Below are positions 14,401-25,700 of a DNA stretch of 64,000 nucleotides, in pieces. This DNA is from Trichoplax adhaerens (lineage: Eukaryota; Animalia; Placozoa): contig NW_002060948.1 of the NCBI RefSeq assembly GCF_000150275.1, forward strand, positions 5,130,336 to 5,194,335. Reading direction: 5' to 3'. The translations under genes were made by a program, and so were the position numbers. Below the pieces are notes generated by a model. That model was not told the origin of the DNA. It saw nothing but the letters and a program-made list of their open reading frames with translations, and made no database searches. Every line of letters begins with the position of its first letter. Positions within the stretch are counted from its first letter, which is position 1.

Positions 14401-16225
14401 GATATGATTACATTTTATCCATCATTTCTTCAATTTCAATTCTGTAAATAGTAATATCTACTTAAACATCAGTTTACCCATATACAGCGTAAAGTTAGTA
14501 TTGATTAGTTCATGCAATACTAGTACTCGATTATGCATATGCTTGAAACAAATGTGCTAAAAGTCAGTAAGTCTGAGCCATAATAAAGAGTATCATTGAG
14601 GGTATAGGCTATAACCCGCGTGTAAAGTTTTTACATCGATTTTTTTCCGAAATTAGGCATCTATCAATCTATCGAACCCCATCGATCAGTATTTTATGCA
14701 TATAGGCTAGTAAAATAGTCATTGATGGATAATTATAATTTACTTCCTATTGACGTATTGCTTACTATTTCTGCAAACAGCAATCATTATTAAAGGCAAG
14801 CAGCGTTAGAATTAGATTAAGAAAGAGGATCATGGCAAAATTGATTAAAACTACCGTATGTTTTAAAAAAGACTTGAAATTGTATCAAAGAGCAGTATAA
14901 GGTAATGAAATTATGAAAGAAATTAAATAATGGATATTTCAGAAAGGATTCAAATCGGGCCAATGCATAGAGGGATGAAATAGTATCGGAATAAATGTTA
15001 AATACTGAAAGAATTTTAAATGACAGTAGACCAAGCTGGCTTTAATTCTTGAGGAGAGTCAGATTAAATTGTATGTATGTAAAGGATCAAATTGTGATAA
15101 GGTTAATTACTGTATTCGCTATACGAATGGAAGAATTAAGGGATTTGAATATATAAACTAACCGGAAGCTTGTTCTTTCTGATATTCAAGTATAGCATAT
15201 GCACTAATGTTGTACAATGAATGGTTGATTTTTCATTTGCTTACTTGGAAATTGTATGTTAATGTATTAATAATTATTAGCTGCGGTATTTAAATTATGA
15301 GCTAACAGTAAATTGATCCTGATTGTAAAGGACTGTAATTGAATATATTCTCGTTTAAATACTCTCTCCATCGAGCAGTTTCATGGTGCGTTATGAAAGC
15401 CTTCTTCGAATTTAATGGCTTAAAAATAAGATAATTAAATGTATGATAATAACGGGGATTATTATTTCATTTCCAATGTGTGTGTGAATGAAACTATTTG
15501 CGTTGTTTAAGAATCTAATCAAATAGCTACAATGCTATAAGTTCAGCATTATAACAAATTGTTTTTGATAAAAAATGAATCATGAATTATAAGGATTTCT
15601 TGGTATTATAGAACAGACATATCACCAACCTAAGGATGGATACTTACAAACTAGTATGGGGTGATAGAAATTATTTCAATTCTTAAAGTAAGAATAAACG
15701 AAAAGTAAATTCGATTATCTCAGTTTTGCTTTCAAATTTTATCAAATTGAAGGGGATAAAAATATCAGAGGTCATGGTAGAAATAACTTGATAAACAAAA
15801 ACCTTTGAAATAACTGTTTTGCGGAAGCCAGAATCAATGATAAATAATTTTAAAAATAAGGATTTAAATGGACAAAATTATTCAATGTAAAGTATACGAG
15901 GAGTATTATCAGGATTTCCGGGTAAAATTCTGATTAACTTGAGCCATAAATATATGATTTTTCCTTAATGGTTATAGGATAAAGTAGAATCGAAAGATCC
16001 TATGTCATCATCGTTCAGTATATGCCTTAAATTAAATCAATGAAAAACGATTACAACTACCATTTCTAATTCAGTTTGTTGCTTTTCATTCTCTTCTTGG
16101 GCATGGTGATGGATATCTTCATCATCTTCTTCATGTTCACCTTGATCTAATAGCTGCATCGTTCCATAATCAGATTTGTCGTTGGCATTTGGGTTATTGT
16201 TTTTCTTCTTATTAAAAATTCCCAT
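5429..16225 (-). CDS. Anoctamin/TMEM16 family protein, paralogue A (multi-exon)
   Basis: Exons encode [119 protein letters not shown] and PDVP..IKIKRE. The Ca2+-site acidic residues of TM6-TM8 are intact. The first exon (16225, MGIFNKKK) is assigned by position and splice phase. Confidence 0.93.
8090..8315. repeat. Diverged ~75-bp intronic tandem repeat (~3 copies)
   Basis: The unit tatcactg(t/c)tatagtat...ctgataaagaa...agataattaagattag recurs. Confidence 0.7.
11475..11905. repeat. Diverged ~230-bp intronic tandem duplication
   Basis: ctgcaaagcact...gcaaacatcagtat...gaactatt...gtcttga..tagttga occurs near 11478 and again near 11707. Confidence 0.7.
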
Positions 16226-17534
16226 CTTGATTAAGTAAACTTTGCTGGCTTATCAGAACTAGAGGAATAAAATCTTTCTTGAATAAGTATTCTTCTATGC
16301 CTATAGAGTATCGTAAAATTGGACAAGATATCGATCGAATTGACCAAACTACTTGTATAAATACAGCTCTGCTCTTTGTAGTAAAGCTATTTTTGAATAC
16401 AATTTAAAAAAGAAGCCACCTGAATAGTAATAACGGCAGTAATTCTGAAGTTGTAATCAAGTTCTATCTAGGTTCAAAGGCAGTTGCGATAGCAAACAAT
16501 ATGAAAATGCTGTAACAAACGCAATTAATGGACTATTTATAATATTATTAACCAATAGCCACCGATAATGCCGTAGAATTCTAAACTCTTAGATCACAAC
16601 GGGTAAAAAGAACTATTTTCTCAGGTATTGTATATAGACTAAATATGCTTAAGTTGAAATATTAGTAGAATATGGTTGGTAAATTCTCAATTTAGCAATA
16701 AATCAATATTATAACGAAAAGAGAGCTTGACCATATGGTTACCGTTTTGCTTCCAATACTCATAATCATCAGTTTTTTACGTAATTGCATTAACGAATCA
16801 ATTAATCGACATGAATAGTCATCGCCAACCAATCGATCATGGATATGATGATTACGTAAATAAACTACCAGTGATGGAAATGAGGTCAAGGAAGCAATTT
16901 TTTACAGTTAAAATGCTACTTAAAGATTCTTGTATTTCTTACTAGAAGAAAAGAATAGCGAGTTATGATTGTTGTTGTTTTAGATGTGGATGCCTATATG
17001 TAATTAAATTACTTCTTTGGAAAGTGTAATTTATCTCTTATTCTATTGGAATATCATGACTTTTATTTTTACCTAGACTCATTCCTTGCTATATCTTTTC
17101 TATTTAAAGAATAAATTAGAAATCAGATTAAATTCGATGTTTCGACTAAAGTCAATAGGCATCAAATCTAATGATGTATATTAGTGTCAAGTACACAATT
17201 TCTAATTATCTAATTTTTATTACTGTCATAAATTGCAAGGCTGTGAAATGGCAGACTAACTGTTGGTAACTTCATAGCATCTAGTCATTTTAGATGGATA
17301 AATTAGCTTCTATAGGATTGTAGTGTAGGTCCAAATTAACTTAAGATTAAAATTATACGATTATAGGAAAATAGATAAATTGAACGTTTAATTGTAAAAT
17401 ATTGATAATAGAAAATCCTTCCATTTACAGGTATAAGCTTGATAGTTTTTATATATCATATGTGGTATAGTCTATTTTTAACGTATAGTAAATCAATTTC
17501 TCGGCCCTTATAGTGATAAACTATAAGCCATAAC

Positions 17535-17980
17535 GATGTAGAAAGAGGCAAATGATTGTAAGCAGTGACGAGGACTTAGAAGCAATAAAAGCAACTGAGC
17601 ACGATAATCTAAATTTTCGTAGAGGATTGTCTATATCAATACCAGATTTTCTACTTTTATATAAGTATTCCAGCATGCGACAATAGCATAGAAGCCATTT
17701 ATAAAATGGCAAATGATTGTAAGCAGAGACAAATGAATATAATTATAAACATCCAAAATAACCAAGCACTATAATCCAGATCTATATTACTGTCTATATC
17801 CATACTAGAGTCCCTAATTTTATACGAGTAAGTATACTATCTTGTCAGCAGCATGGAAGCCATCATGATGTAGAAAGTGGCAAAAGATGGTAAGTAGTGA
17901 CAAGGAATTGAAAGTATTAAAACAACCGAGTTCGATAATTAATACATAATCTAGATATACAGTAAAGTCTATATCTGTGA
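17535..17980. repeat. Diverged ~165-bp tandem repeat (~3 copies)
   Basis: ggcaaa(t/a)gat(t/g)gtaag recurs near 17547, 17708 and 17879 with similar downstream sequence. Confidence 0.6.
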
Positions 17981-18165
17981 TGGAGGGTTCGAAGAGCCAG
18001 ATAATGTAGTTTTATTTGCCATGCAGAGAATTGCACAAGGAGCTTAAGAAAAGAGGATACTTTATTGTAAATAGTAGCTAGGTACAATGTGATAATTACG
18101 GAAGATCATCGTGGTAGCTGCCGTGAGTAAAGTGTGAATACTAACCGTGACTAATAATGCAACTT

Positions 18166-18215
18166 NNNNNNNNNNNNNNNNNNNNNNNNNNNNNNNNNNN
18201 NNNNNNNNNNNNNNN
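18166..18215. other. Assembly gap (50 N)
   Basis: Run of n characters. Confidence 1.
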
Positions 18216-18395
18216 GACTGTAAATGTGTCTGTATTTAATAGCAATACAAAATGTCTATATTTAAGAGTAGATTACAGTTACAGTTCAATCCAAATATAG
18301 GTCTATATCAATAACAAAGTCTCTACTCTGATGAGTATACTGTCTTCAGATAGTAGCACAGTCTAATCTTAAAAGGCAATAGTTAACTTTAGTCA

Positions 18396-20075
18396 TCAAT
18401 ATTCGCGCTTAACTCTGATGATATAACGTAGACGAATTTGACTTTCATTATAAATGAAATAGGCATTGCCATAGAAATTTCCAAATGCTTCTGTCTCAAT
18501 AGCCATTCCCTGGTGTATAGGCACTTCCTTGCCATGAAATCTGATCTTGCTATCGTTCTCTGGATCAGTAAATCGATCTCCGCTGACAACGACAGAATCG
18601 CAGCCTTGGGAAGCTGCCGTCAGAGAACGATTGCTGCCTACACCTTTAAATTGATGCTCCTTACCTATAGCCACCTCTGCTAGAAAGATAATACCATGAT
18701 GAAGGCTCTTCAAATAACGAAGACCATCTGCTACGGTAGAATTAAAACAGAGAGCAGGACCAACAAATTCGTTGGTTAATGGTGAAATCCGTAGCCCATA
18801 TTTTAAGATGGAAGCTGTGCTTGCTGCATGGGTACAAAACCATAATAATCGACGGTTTTGAATGGCGTCGTGTAGAGCAAATCGCTCATCTTCACCTGAT
18901 CGATCCATTTGCCAGATATGAGTAATCTCCGTTGCCGAATATCGTGTGGACATAAAGTAGTTTTCAATGGTATTGTAGGTCTCATCACCCGGATTCATAA
19001 GAGTTAACTTGACGTTTAATACATGATAATAAGCAGTAAGTGACTGATTTTCGTCATTTAGTACTGTCGTTTCCTTGACTAAATCTCGTGCTATCCATAC
19101 ATCCATTAAGAGTTGAAGTTCTTTCCTTAACCTATTTAATTTCCACTCGTTATCGACCAATTTTTCCCCTCCATATCTGGAATAACTTAATCCGTGATAG
19201 TATGACTTTGATAACTCCTGTACCAATTTGAATTCGCCATTTTGGAGAGCCTCTTCAATGTCTTCTAATATGGAAAATCCCCAAACGATAAGACCTTTGT
19301 TAACAACGCAACTTGGAAAAACCTTCTCATGTATTCCAATATTTTCAATAGCAATCTCCAGATATCTCTTGTCAGAAATGAATTCCATTAATTTTAGAGT
19401 TTCTCTACCAGGCTTATCATTGCTAACTTCTCCAGTGTTCGGTGATGTACTAGTTGCTGTACAGCCTTGATCTTCTTCAACCATTTCGATCAAAATATAC
19501 TGACCAGGATAGGGGATAAAATTTCCCCTATTCGACCAATTGTTCTTTGTTAAGTCTTTAAATTTCCTATTAAACATTTTGATGGCATCTTTAATGTTGT
19601 CGACAGGTCCATTTAATGCACAGTTATCTTCTTCCTCTTCACAACTCGATCGCATCCAAACGTAATAGAAATAAGTGCAGTCGATAAGTTGAATGATGCA
19701 ATTATTATTTTCACCATCTTGGCTATTACTTTGCTCTAGTACACAGTGATAATCCGCATAGATTGTACAAGGCTTAGGTCCATCATATGAATCATCCACT
19801 TTTGCTGATTTCTTGACTTGAACATTTATGCTGGTAGGACATGATTGTGGCTCTACATTCTCGCTTGATTTAGTTCTCTTATTAATAGCTTCGTTTGCGA
19901 CATGATCTTGCTGATCGCTGTTGCATAATCGAGCTATGACCTCGGCCTTCTTACCACTTTCATCTAGATTACGTTTTTTGCATTCATTTTTTAGTTTTTT
20001 AAGGTCCATTCGATTGTAATCAATATCAGCTGAGCCATTGCTGTTATTTTGAGGAGCCTTTCTCTTGGGAGCCAT
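18396..20075 (-). CDS. PARP3-like protein (SAP - WGR - regulatory helical - ART fold), single coding exon, predicted catalytically inactive
   Basis: Uninterrupted 559-codon ORF from ATG 20075 (MAPKRKA); the track's 20111 start is a TTG. SAP domain: LKKLKNECKKRNLDESGKKAEVIARL. WGR-like domain: FNRKFKDLTKNNWSNRGNFIPYPGQY. Catalytic fold: NRRLLW..T.....SILKYGLRI, IFLAEVAIGK and IYNESQIRLRY. Confidence 0.88.
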   Translation of the reverse strand: MAPKRKAPQNNSNGSADIDYNRMDLKKLKNECKKRNLDESGKKAEVIARLCNSDQQDHVANEAINKRTKSSENVEPQSCPTSINVQVKKSAKVDDSYDGPKPCTIYADYHCVLEQSNSQDGENNNCIIQLIDCTYFYYVWMRSSCEEEEDNCALNGPVDNIKDAIKMFNRKFKDLTKNNWSNRGNFIPYPGQYILIEMVEEDQGCTATSTSPNTGEVSNDKPGRETLKLMEFISDKRYLEIAIENIGIHEKVFPSCVVNKGLIVWGFSILEDIEEALQNGEFKLVQELSKSYYHGLSYSRYGGEKLVDNEWKLNRLRKELQLLMDVWIARDLVKETTVLNDENQSLTAYYHVLNVKLTLMNPGDETYNTIENYFMSTRYSATEITHIWQMDRSGEDERFALHDAIQNRRLLWFCTHAASTASILKYGLRISPLTNEFVGPALCFNSTVADGLRYLKSLHHGIIFLAEVAIGKEHQFKGVGSNRSLTAASQGCDSVVVSGDRFTDPENDSKIRFHGKEVPIHQGMAIETEAFGNFYGNAYFIYNESQIRLRYIIRVKREY

Positions 20076-20094
20076 TGCTACGTTGTAGTGTAAT

Positions 20095-20312
20095 GCTGAT
20101 ACTATATTCAATACAGAAGGTGGTAAATCAGGTGATGGAAAGAGCTAACATTACGGCTATTGCAGTTCCATCAATTAGGCTTGAATGTCCATTTCATTCT
20201 ATCTATAATATTGATACTATATCCAATTTAGAAGGTGGCAAATCAGGTGATAAAAAAGCTAATATTACGGCTTTTACAGTTACGTCAATCAAACTTGAAT
20301 TTCTATTCTATA
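20095..20312. repeat. ~115-bp tandem duplication just upstream of the PARP-like gene
   Basis: tgatactatat.caat..agaaggtgg.aaatcaggtgat...agctaa.attacggct occurs twice, near 20097 and 20212. Confidence 0.75.
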
Positions 20313-20739
20313 CGATGCCTAATATATATAGCATATATCCTTTCCAATCTCCAATAGATAGACATCTAAAATGCATAAATTATAAGTCATTAGAATTACA
20401 ATTACAATGCATTCTATAGAATGATCCTCTTCATCCCTAATATACCCGATAATTACCTTGTTGACATAGTGGATATGATTATCTTGGTAATTAAAAGTCA
20501 TGTCTAAAAGCATGGAGAATAATCATGTAACTCTAGTGATAGAGGAATAGGAGGTGTGGTATTTTAATCATATTTAGTCTAGTAACTTTGTAGAGTATTG
20601 AAACCATGTTAGGTATGATTAAAATAGCTGCTGCAAGAAACTGTATATCGCATATATAAATAAGCTTAAAGTCCACGTGGGTAAGTTATATGGTGCTTAG
20701 TTCCTATGTTTGCTTTTATTTAAACTGTCTATGCGTTTG

Positions 20740-21435
20740 ATCAACGATCTATACAAAGTTGTGGATCTAATCAACTACTGTACTAACATTGATCACTTTA
20801 TTCAGAGCATTATATTGGAAAATGGGTTTGATTTAGCGAGGTATATTTAATTATTGTATTGCCGTCCTAGAACCGTGGCAGATACTATAGAAACTCGTAA
20901 ATTGAGCAAATCAAGAACCTGAAGATCTCATAAATATCTTTAGGCCGCTTGATCTTGCTAGTTAGAGTTAGTGAAATCTTGATTTAAATTAGTCGATCCA
21001 TACGTAGATATACGTAGAGTTGAGATTTTTATCGGAATAAAATTCAATTCAGTTATAAATTCGGCTCGATTGGGCCTAAGTTATATCGTCTTCAGTTCCT
21101 TGTTCTGCTTCTATTTGAGCTAATCATGCACTAGCTTAACGATCTATACAAAGTTGTAGATCGAATCAACTACCGTACCAACATTTATCACCTTATTTAT
21201 AATATCATATTGGGAAATGCAGTGGCAGACATTGTAGAAACTCGTAAATTGAGCAGATTAGAAATCTGAGGATCTGATAAACATCTTTAGACTACTTGAT
21301 CTTGCTAGTTGTGGTCCGAAATTGACTAAAAGCATTTGTTTAAATTAGTCGATTCATACTTAGATATGTGTAGAGCTGAGATTTCTATCGTAATAAAGTT
21401 GGATTCGGCTATAAGTTAGTTTCGATTGAGCTTAC
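20740..21435. repeat. Diverged duplication, ~395-bp period
   Basis: aacgatctatacaaagttgt...gaaactcgtaaattgagca...ttgatcttgctagtt occurs near 20743 and 21138. Confidence 0.75.
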
Positions 21436-22731
21436 GGTAAATAATTTCGTAAACTTTATTACTCTACTTTACCATACTCTACTGCAATTATTGTTTCATT
21501 ACGTGATTTAATGTATGGATATTTTCAGTATCACTTCCACATGCTTACATACACATATGGGCTCCAGCGCTGATTTTTAAATGGCCCAAGTTATATCATG
21601 ATGTCAACACATTTATAGCCGGTGTTACAGTTTGTAAATACTCCTCAAAAATATCAAATCATCAAAGTAATTGCACATGTAGTGTTTTATTAATTTTCTT
21701 TCAAGTATAAGTAACGGTAATGATCAACTATTAATAATTATAGCAACTTGATACCATATTTTATATCCAGTTTGTCTCATAACACCAGACAAAGTTATTA
21801 TGTGATGAAGGGTAATATTGAGTACATTGGCGATTATAAATAATCACGAATAATATGAATGGATAAATTAGAATCATTAGCGTTTTATCTATCATCTAAC
21901 TATTGGCTACACGGCCTACTAACTACGGTTTAAAATCTAAAGGGCCGAAAGCTAATTGCAGAAAGATATCACCAGAATAAATACAAATCAACTAATATCT
22001 TATATTTGATTAAATGCAGCAGAATTTTGAGCATTCTACTTATTATCCTACCAGCACTCATCATTTAATTATATATTGTGAATGCAATAAATTATTATGA
22101 ACAGGCTTTTCTACCTGCTATATAACCATTCTCACCTTACGCTAATTACTGTAAATATTTAACGCAATCATATTAAATTAGAAAAAATGTTATCTAGCTG
22201 AGGTAATCATAAAGAGCCAAGTGTTTTTCTGGAAAGTTTCCATTTTTGTTAGATAATACCTTCTTGATTATACTGATTATTTATGATTGTAAAAATATTC
22301 TAATTTTTCAAATTGGATAGAATCACTATCATGTATACTAGTAAAGACAGAATATTTTGAGACTTTCAAATCGATTCCTCAAAATTATGTTCGAGGGACA
22401 ATCAGCTGTCTTTTATAATACATTACTACAGATGCAGTCAGATAACTATTGTTATATCTATCCGACTAACACATACTTCATTGGTGTTTAAAAGTTGAAA
22501 TATAATACTCTCAGTATTAAAGTGATTGACAATTACATAAGAATTCTAATAGAAATTGTTCATTAATATTGGTATTTTTCTCGTGTAAAAAGCCTAAAAT
22601 CCCTTGCTCCTTTTTCGATCACCTAATCCGATTGGAGGCATAAAAAGATAATAGAACTTAATATCTGATTATAAAGAAGGACAAAATATTTCATGATTGC
22701 TTTGATAAAGTTACCTTGGATTCTATTTATA

Positions 22732-25700
22732 CTATTGGTAGGAGTTATAATTAAGTGCTTTACCTTTTACATCAGCATCTTTCCCACCAGTTGCACCATC
22801 AGGTTCGTCATTATTGTTAACTAAAGCTGGCGGTAATTCATCCTTTTCTTCTAGAGCCTTTTTAGCAAGATATTCTTCGCGTTTAATTTTTATCTGTAAG
22901 CTTTCCGGAATATCAGGAACTAAAATATCAATCAGGACTGATGTTGCAAACACGAAATGCTGCAACAAGAAGGTACAAGAGGTAAGAAATGTAGCCATTT
23001 TAAGATATTAACTTAAACATAAGTTTATGTTATAACTTATTTACTACGACGAAAAAATAAAATTGATGACCTCGATGGATCTGTCAGTAACAGAACTAAT
23101 ATCTGCATCATTGACATATATTCAATCACTTTTCCCATAAATTAATGGAATGGGCATTTGGTTATAGTTTTAAATTACGGAATTCTTGCGTTATAGCACA
23201 AGATTCAGATAGTGAATCATGTTTCAACGCACTTGCTCATAATCTAGCGATCCAATAATTTTATCTTGTTTATAGTACTTGGGATAGGAAGTAAAGCTCA
23301 AATTGAAACCAATAAATAAGGATTTATAAACTATACTGAGATTTAACTGTTTACAATATCTCTCTCGTGATGCTAAACATGTTCTAGTTTGAACTGAATG
23401 CATACCTCAAAGGCTACGACAAAAGCCAATCTAATAGCGGTTAACTTCCAGTAAAAAAATGTTAATTTTCCTTCGTGATCACGATAACCTCGGTATCTAT
23501 ATTTAAGAAAAAAATATGCAATATAACTTAGTTATTTCATACTTGTCCATAAATAGCGATTTTAGGTAATAATTTGATATCTTTTCATTATTTTATATAA
23601 TGATATCGATCAGACAAGAAATAACTTAGGTACTCCCTAATTTTAGGTATTTAAAGATTAGGAATCTCAATATAATTATGACAAATTTAAGACAATGATA
23701 ATAAAAAAAACCTTGAATATCATCCTATTTACATATCACATAGCCATAGGTAACAGTGAAAATTGAACTTAAAGATATAATCTAGTTTTATAATAGAGCT
23801 ATATCTTACTTGTATGGAAGTATACTGACAATAGCTCTATAAATCAGGTGACTAATTTTTGTATTAGATTTAACTCATGCTCACAAATGTAGTAGATAGT
23901 ACTTAAAATAAGTAATGCTCAAGCTAAAACATCAAACTAGAATATATAAGAGGTCAAGGGTGAGGCTGTATGTTAAGATTGCTAATTTCAAAATGATCCT
24001 GATCTATTTACCTGCATGGACGTTCCGTTGTTCCTTCAGGTGCCCAAGATAAGGTGTAATTTAAATAACCCTCAAGAGAAGGATCAACAGTATACTGGTA
24101 TAGCAATTTAGGCATGAACTCCGATGTAAACGCAATTATAAAAGCCTAAAATGAAGTAAATGGTCATTAAATTAATATCACATTTTTTCACGATTTCGTT
24201 TTCATCTTCATGTAAATTAGTATATTAGCACAAGGCAACTTAACCGACAACCTTACATTACTTACATTGCAAAGTACAGCAATTCTAGTTACTACATTTA
24301 AAATAGTAAACCAGACACCAATATCTTCGGCTTTATAAGCAACAGGGCGACGCGATTGTGTTACATATTTACTCGCATCTAACCGAATTTCAAGCCAGTT
24401 ATTGAGTAAAGCAAAGAAAGGAGCCAAAGGAAATGCAACCACAAAGATCGTTGTAAAGCCGTACTGAATAACTAAAATAAAACAATTAAAGAGTGATTAT
24501 TAAAAAGTATATGGCAGAATCGTAAATTTATAGTTAAATAAATATCTAAATGCGTATCAATGAATATACTAGTACTTAATGCATCAGTATGACATTAAAA
24601 CTAACGTCACGAAATGCTTGGATATGCTTGAAAATAAACATCTTGGAATCAATTATTCAGAATCAGCTAAGATTTTAGAATTATTCGATTTCAAAGATTA
24701 TATATTAAATTAAGTTTACATTTGATTGCCTTTAAATATAACTTACTATATCGTATGACAAGTAATAATGATATTAATGTGTTGGCGAAACTACGGTGCT
24801 AATACTAGGTCTAGCAAATTCTTTATTGCAACGATAATATTAATGCATTAGTGAAGCTACTTGAAACTAGATTTAGCAAATCCTTTAATTCTATCGATAA
24901 TATTAATGTGTTGATGAAACTGCTTGGTACTAGGTCTAGTAAGTTTTTAAATTGAGACGATGTTATTAATGCATTGGTGAAATTACTAAATCTAGCAAAT
25001 CCTTTAATTATAACGATAATATTAATACGTTGGCGAAACTACTTGATACTAGATCTTGCATATCTTCTAATAATAACGTTGTTTCATGCGTAGCTAGATG
25101 TTGCTATGGTTGAAGAAAATAATTTTATGAAGGTTTTTCATATCCATTAATTTTATTTTCCTAATCGTCTGACTAAGGGTAAATAAAACCGCTAGTATGA
25201 TTTATTGCTATTTATAGAGAAAATTTTCTATCATTCCAGAAGCTAAGCAGTATCATTAAATCATCGATTGATCTATACGATATACTCATATTAGATGTAC
25301 GGATAGCTAAAAAGGGATTTATAGACTTTGTAGTAATTATGAATATTATTAATCAAATGGTCCAATTTGATTCAAAATTATCCTTCGATAAGTTGGAATA
25401 CTGGTATAAAGCATATGAGCTTATTAACCCTGAATAAGATGCTCCTCATCTATAGACTATGCCCAACTAGGCACATTAACTTTCTATGATAGATAGTCTT
25501 ATAGTCCCTAAAATTAAGATGGAAATATTGTCTATCAATACTTACTCATTTCTAAGTATTCGCCAAAAAGTGGTTCATCCGGTTCCAGAGTGTAGTCTTC
25601 CTCCCATCTTGGCACTAGAGAATCATTACTGTTCGCTTTTGCACTAGCTCCAATTAGCGGTTTATGTTCAGATCTCTTACGGCTTGCTGAGCTATTTATA

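Noticed and set aside
18438-19470. Antisense and alternative-frame ORFs within the PARP-like gene
   Set aside because: They are shadow ORFs of a real coding sequence.
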